Shown here piece after piece: positions 58,480 to 60,443 of a stretch of 60,443 bases of DNA (positions are counted from its first letter, which is position 1; each line of letters opens with the position of its first letter). Made by a program: the position numbers and the translations under genes. This DNA comes from Octopus bimaculoides (Eukaryota). The notes under the pieces are model-generated. The model made no database searches, was not told the DNA's origin, and was given only the letters and a program-made list of their open reading frames with translations. Location of the stretch: assembly GCF_001194135.2 (NCBI RefSeq), contig NC_068986.1, positions 22,205,367 through 22,265,809 on the forward strand. Direction: 5' to 3'.

Positions 58480-58940
58480 GGAGTACCAAACTTCCTACTT
58501 GCACTACATATTGGAGAAACTTGGAAAATAACTATCAAGGTCACCAATGTTGAATGCATTTTTCTAATGGTGTAGAATATTCAAGATCACTCACAGAGAC
58601 AGAATCACAAACTCTGAAATTCTGAGAAGAGCCAATCTGCAAATCCTGCAGGAGATTGTGGTGGAAAGCAGAGTGAGAGTCAAATAGTCATACTTTCTGA
58701 CTGCCAGAAGAATAAATACCCAAGAGAGATAGATATACAATGGGTACCAACAGAGGGAAGAAAAGACAAGATGGATAGCCAAAAAGACATAGTGCACCAC
58801 CCTCAAAGAAGCTCCGAAGTAACATTGCATCACATTGGAAGATATTGGAGGCTCACTTCAAAACTGGGTTTATTGGAGACATTTTGTTGCCCAGTGTACA
58901 GGCCGATATATAGAAGGCTCAAAGACTAAGACGAAGACAC
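58480..58940 (+). mobile_element. Decayed RTE LINE 3' end
   Basis: RITNSEILRRANL...; tail aaagactaagacgaaga. Confidence 0.65.
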
Positions 58941-59232
58941 TGTATCTTCTGTGTGCCTTTTTAGCAGTTTATTGTTGATGATATGTATGACACCCTGACC
59001 CCATGCAATAGAAAGTCTGCTGTACATTTGTGGTGCCTAGAAATTTCAGTCTGTGCTTGAAAATAAATAAATAGATAAATAAATGGGGCATGAAAAGTAC
59101 ATCAGATTTATGGTGACAGACATTTATGTGACACAAGTACCAATAACTAAAGTTATTAAAATACCAGCAAGCAAAAAGAAAAACGATATAGCCAGTAACT
59201 ACTGAGCAGACACACACACACACACACACACA

Positions 59233-60020
59233 CTTCTGGTTGCACGTTTCTAAACAGTTTCCAGGAGATTGACATGCTTAGCAAGATAGCAGTTACAGAC
59301 TGTTGATGCAAATATGAAGAGTACTATAGACATATGCAGCTTTAAATAGATAGCAGGAGAGCAGTTGACAAAAGTCTTACTGATTGATGCTAAGACACCC
59401 TCAGCCTTCTGGACAATCTTGGAAATGCGGTTTGTCCAGTGCAAATTGTGGTTGACAAAAATGTCCAGGTTTCATTCACTAGCAGACTTTCTTAAGATTG
59501 GTGTTGTGGAAGGAATATGTAAAAGTTGGGGGTTTCCTCCCAAAATGCACTTGCTCACAGCTAGCTTGAGTTGCTTCATTGTGTCCAAGTCTGATTGCAG
59601 GAAAGGTCTATAGCACATAGAATCTATTCTTTTTATCTCAAGGTACAACTTGATGTTATCTTCATATTTCAACACTGTAACACTCTTCAAGTTGGCATCT
59701 ATGTCATTAATATATGCAACAAACAACAGGAGTCCAAGTATGGATCCCTATGGTACACCAGATGTCATCTCATAGGGTGAAGTATGATGTCCTAGAACTG
59801 TGATTACCTCTTCTCAACCGAGAATGAAGGACTTCAACCAGTTATAGAGAACGTCTTTCACACCCGTTGCAGAGAGTTTTGCCATGAGTCATTTGCATGG
59901 CACAGAATTGAAGGCTTTAGCAAAGTCAAGGTAGATAACATCCACCCATAAGCTGCCATCAGTGATTTGGGTGATGTTCTCAAAAAACTTGATGAGTTAT
60001 CTACAGCAGCTAGAGTTAGG
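59233..60020 (-). mobile_element. CR1-clade LINE reverse transcriptase relic
   Basis: YLDFAKAFNSV, SGVP*GSILGLLLFVAYIND, YEDN (degenerate YADD). Confidence 0.88.
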
Positions 60021-60443
60021 GATAAATCCAAATTGTTTGGTGGCTGGTAGATGTGTATATATATATATATATATATANNNNNNNNNNCAAGTTGGCATCT
60101 ATGTCATTAATATATGCAACAAACAACAGGAGTCCAAGTATGGATCCCTATGGTACACCAGATGTCATCTCATAGGGTGAAGTATGATGTCCTAGAACTG
60201 TGATTACCTCTTCTCAACCGAGAATGAAGGACTTCAACCAGTTATAGAGAACGTCTTTCACACCCGTTGCAGAGAGTTTTGCCATGAGTCATTTGCATGG
60301 CACAGAATTGAAGGCTTTAGCAAAGTCAAGGTAGATAACATCCACCCATAAGCTGCCATCAGTGATTTGGGTGATGTTCTCAAAAAACTTGATGAGTTAT
60401 CTACAGCAGCTAGAGTTAGGGATAAATCCAAATTGTTTGGTGG

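Noticed and set aside
59688-60443. 356-bp exact duplication of the CR1 relic (59688-60043 = 60088-60443)
   Set aside because: Identical copies around a 10-N gap; assembly artefact

Overview
AT-rich, repeat-dense eukaryotic (draft-assembly) DNA. The SINE/LINE families and microsatellite load suggest an octopus genome; this is inference, not a database result. The left half (685-~30900, minus strand) holds one spliced gene. I reconstructed it as 20 coding exons (~834 aa) with GT-AG junctions and consistent phases, and its peptides match MTBP (Mdm2-binding protein, the metazoan Sld7 homologue and Treslin partner) as recalled from the human sequence. The right half (31-60 kb) has no gene I can recognise. 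It contains tRNA-derived SINEs, RTE, CR1, L2-like and R4/Dong LINE relics, Tc1/mariner/maT, hAT and piggyBac-type MITEs, gaps and a CpG-retaining stretch with orphan exon-like segments. The most notable observations: (1) an in-frame ATG separated from MTBP coding sequence by a single UAG that sits on a hairpin where human MTBP has a Trp (candidate amber-to-Trp A-to-I recoding); (2) a ~200-bp inverted duplication bracketing a 330-nt frame-preserving MTBP exon (circRNA, skipping or ADAR substrate); (3) two minimal type I hammerhead-like motifs, one nearly canonical (48651-48696) and one inside a 360-bp-period direct repeat (retrozyme/Penelope-like); (4) an in-frame intron read-through ending in a broken zinc knuckle plus AATAAA. 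Repeat boundaries are approximate and all homology calls were made by eye.
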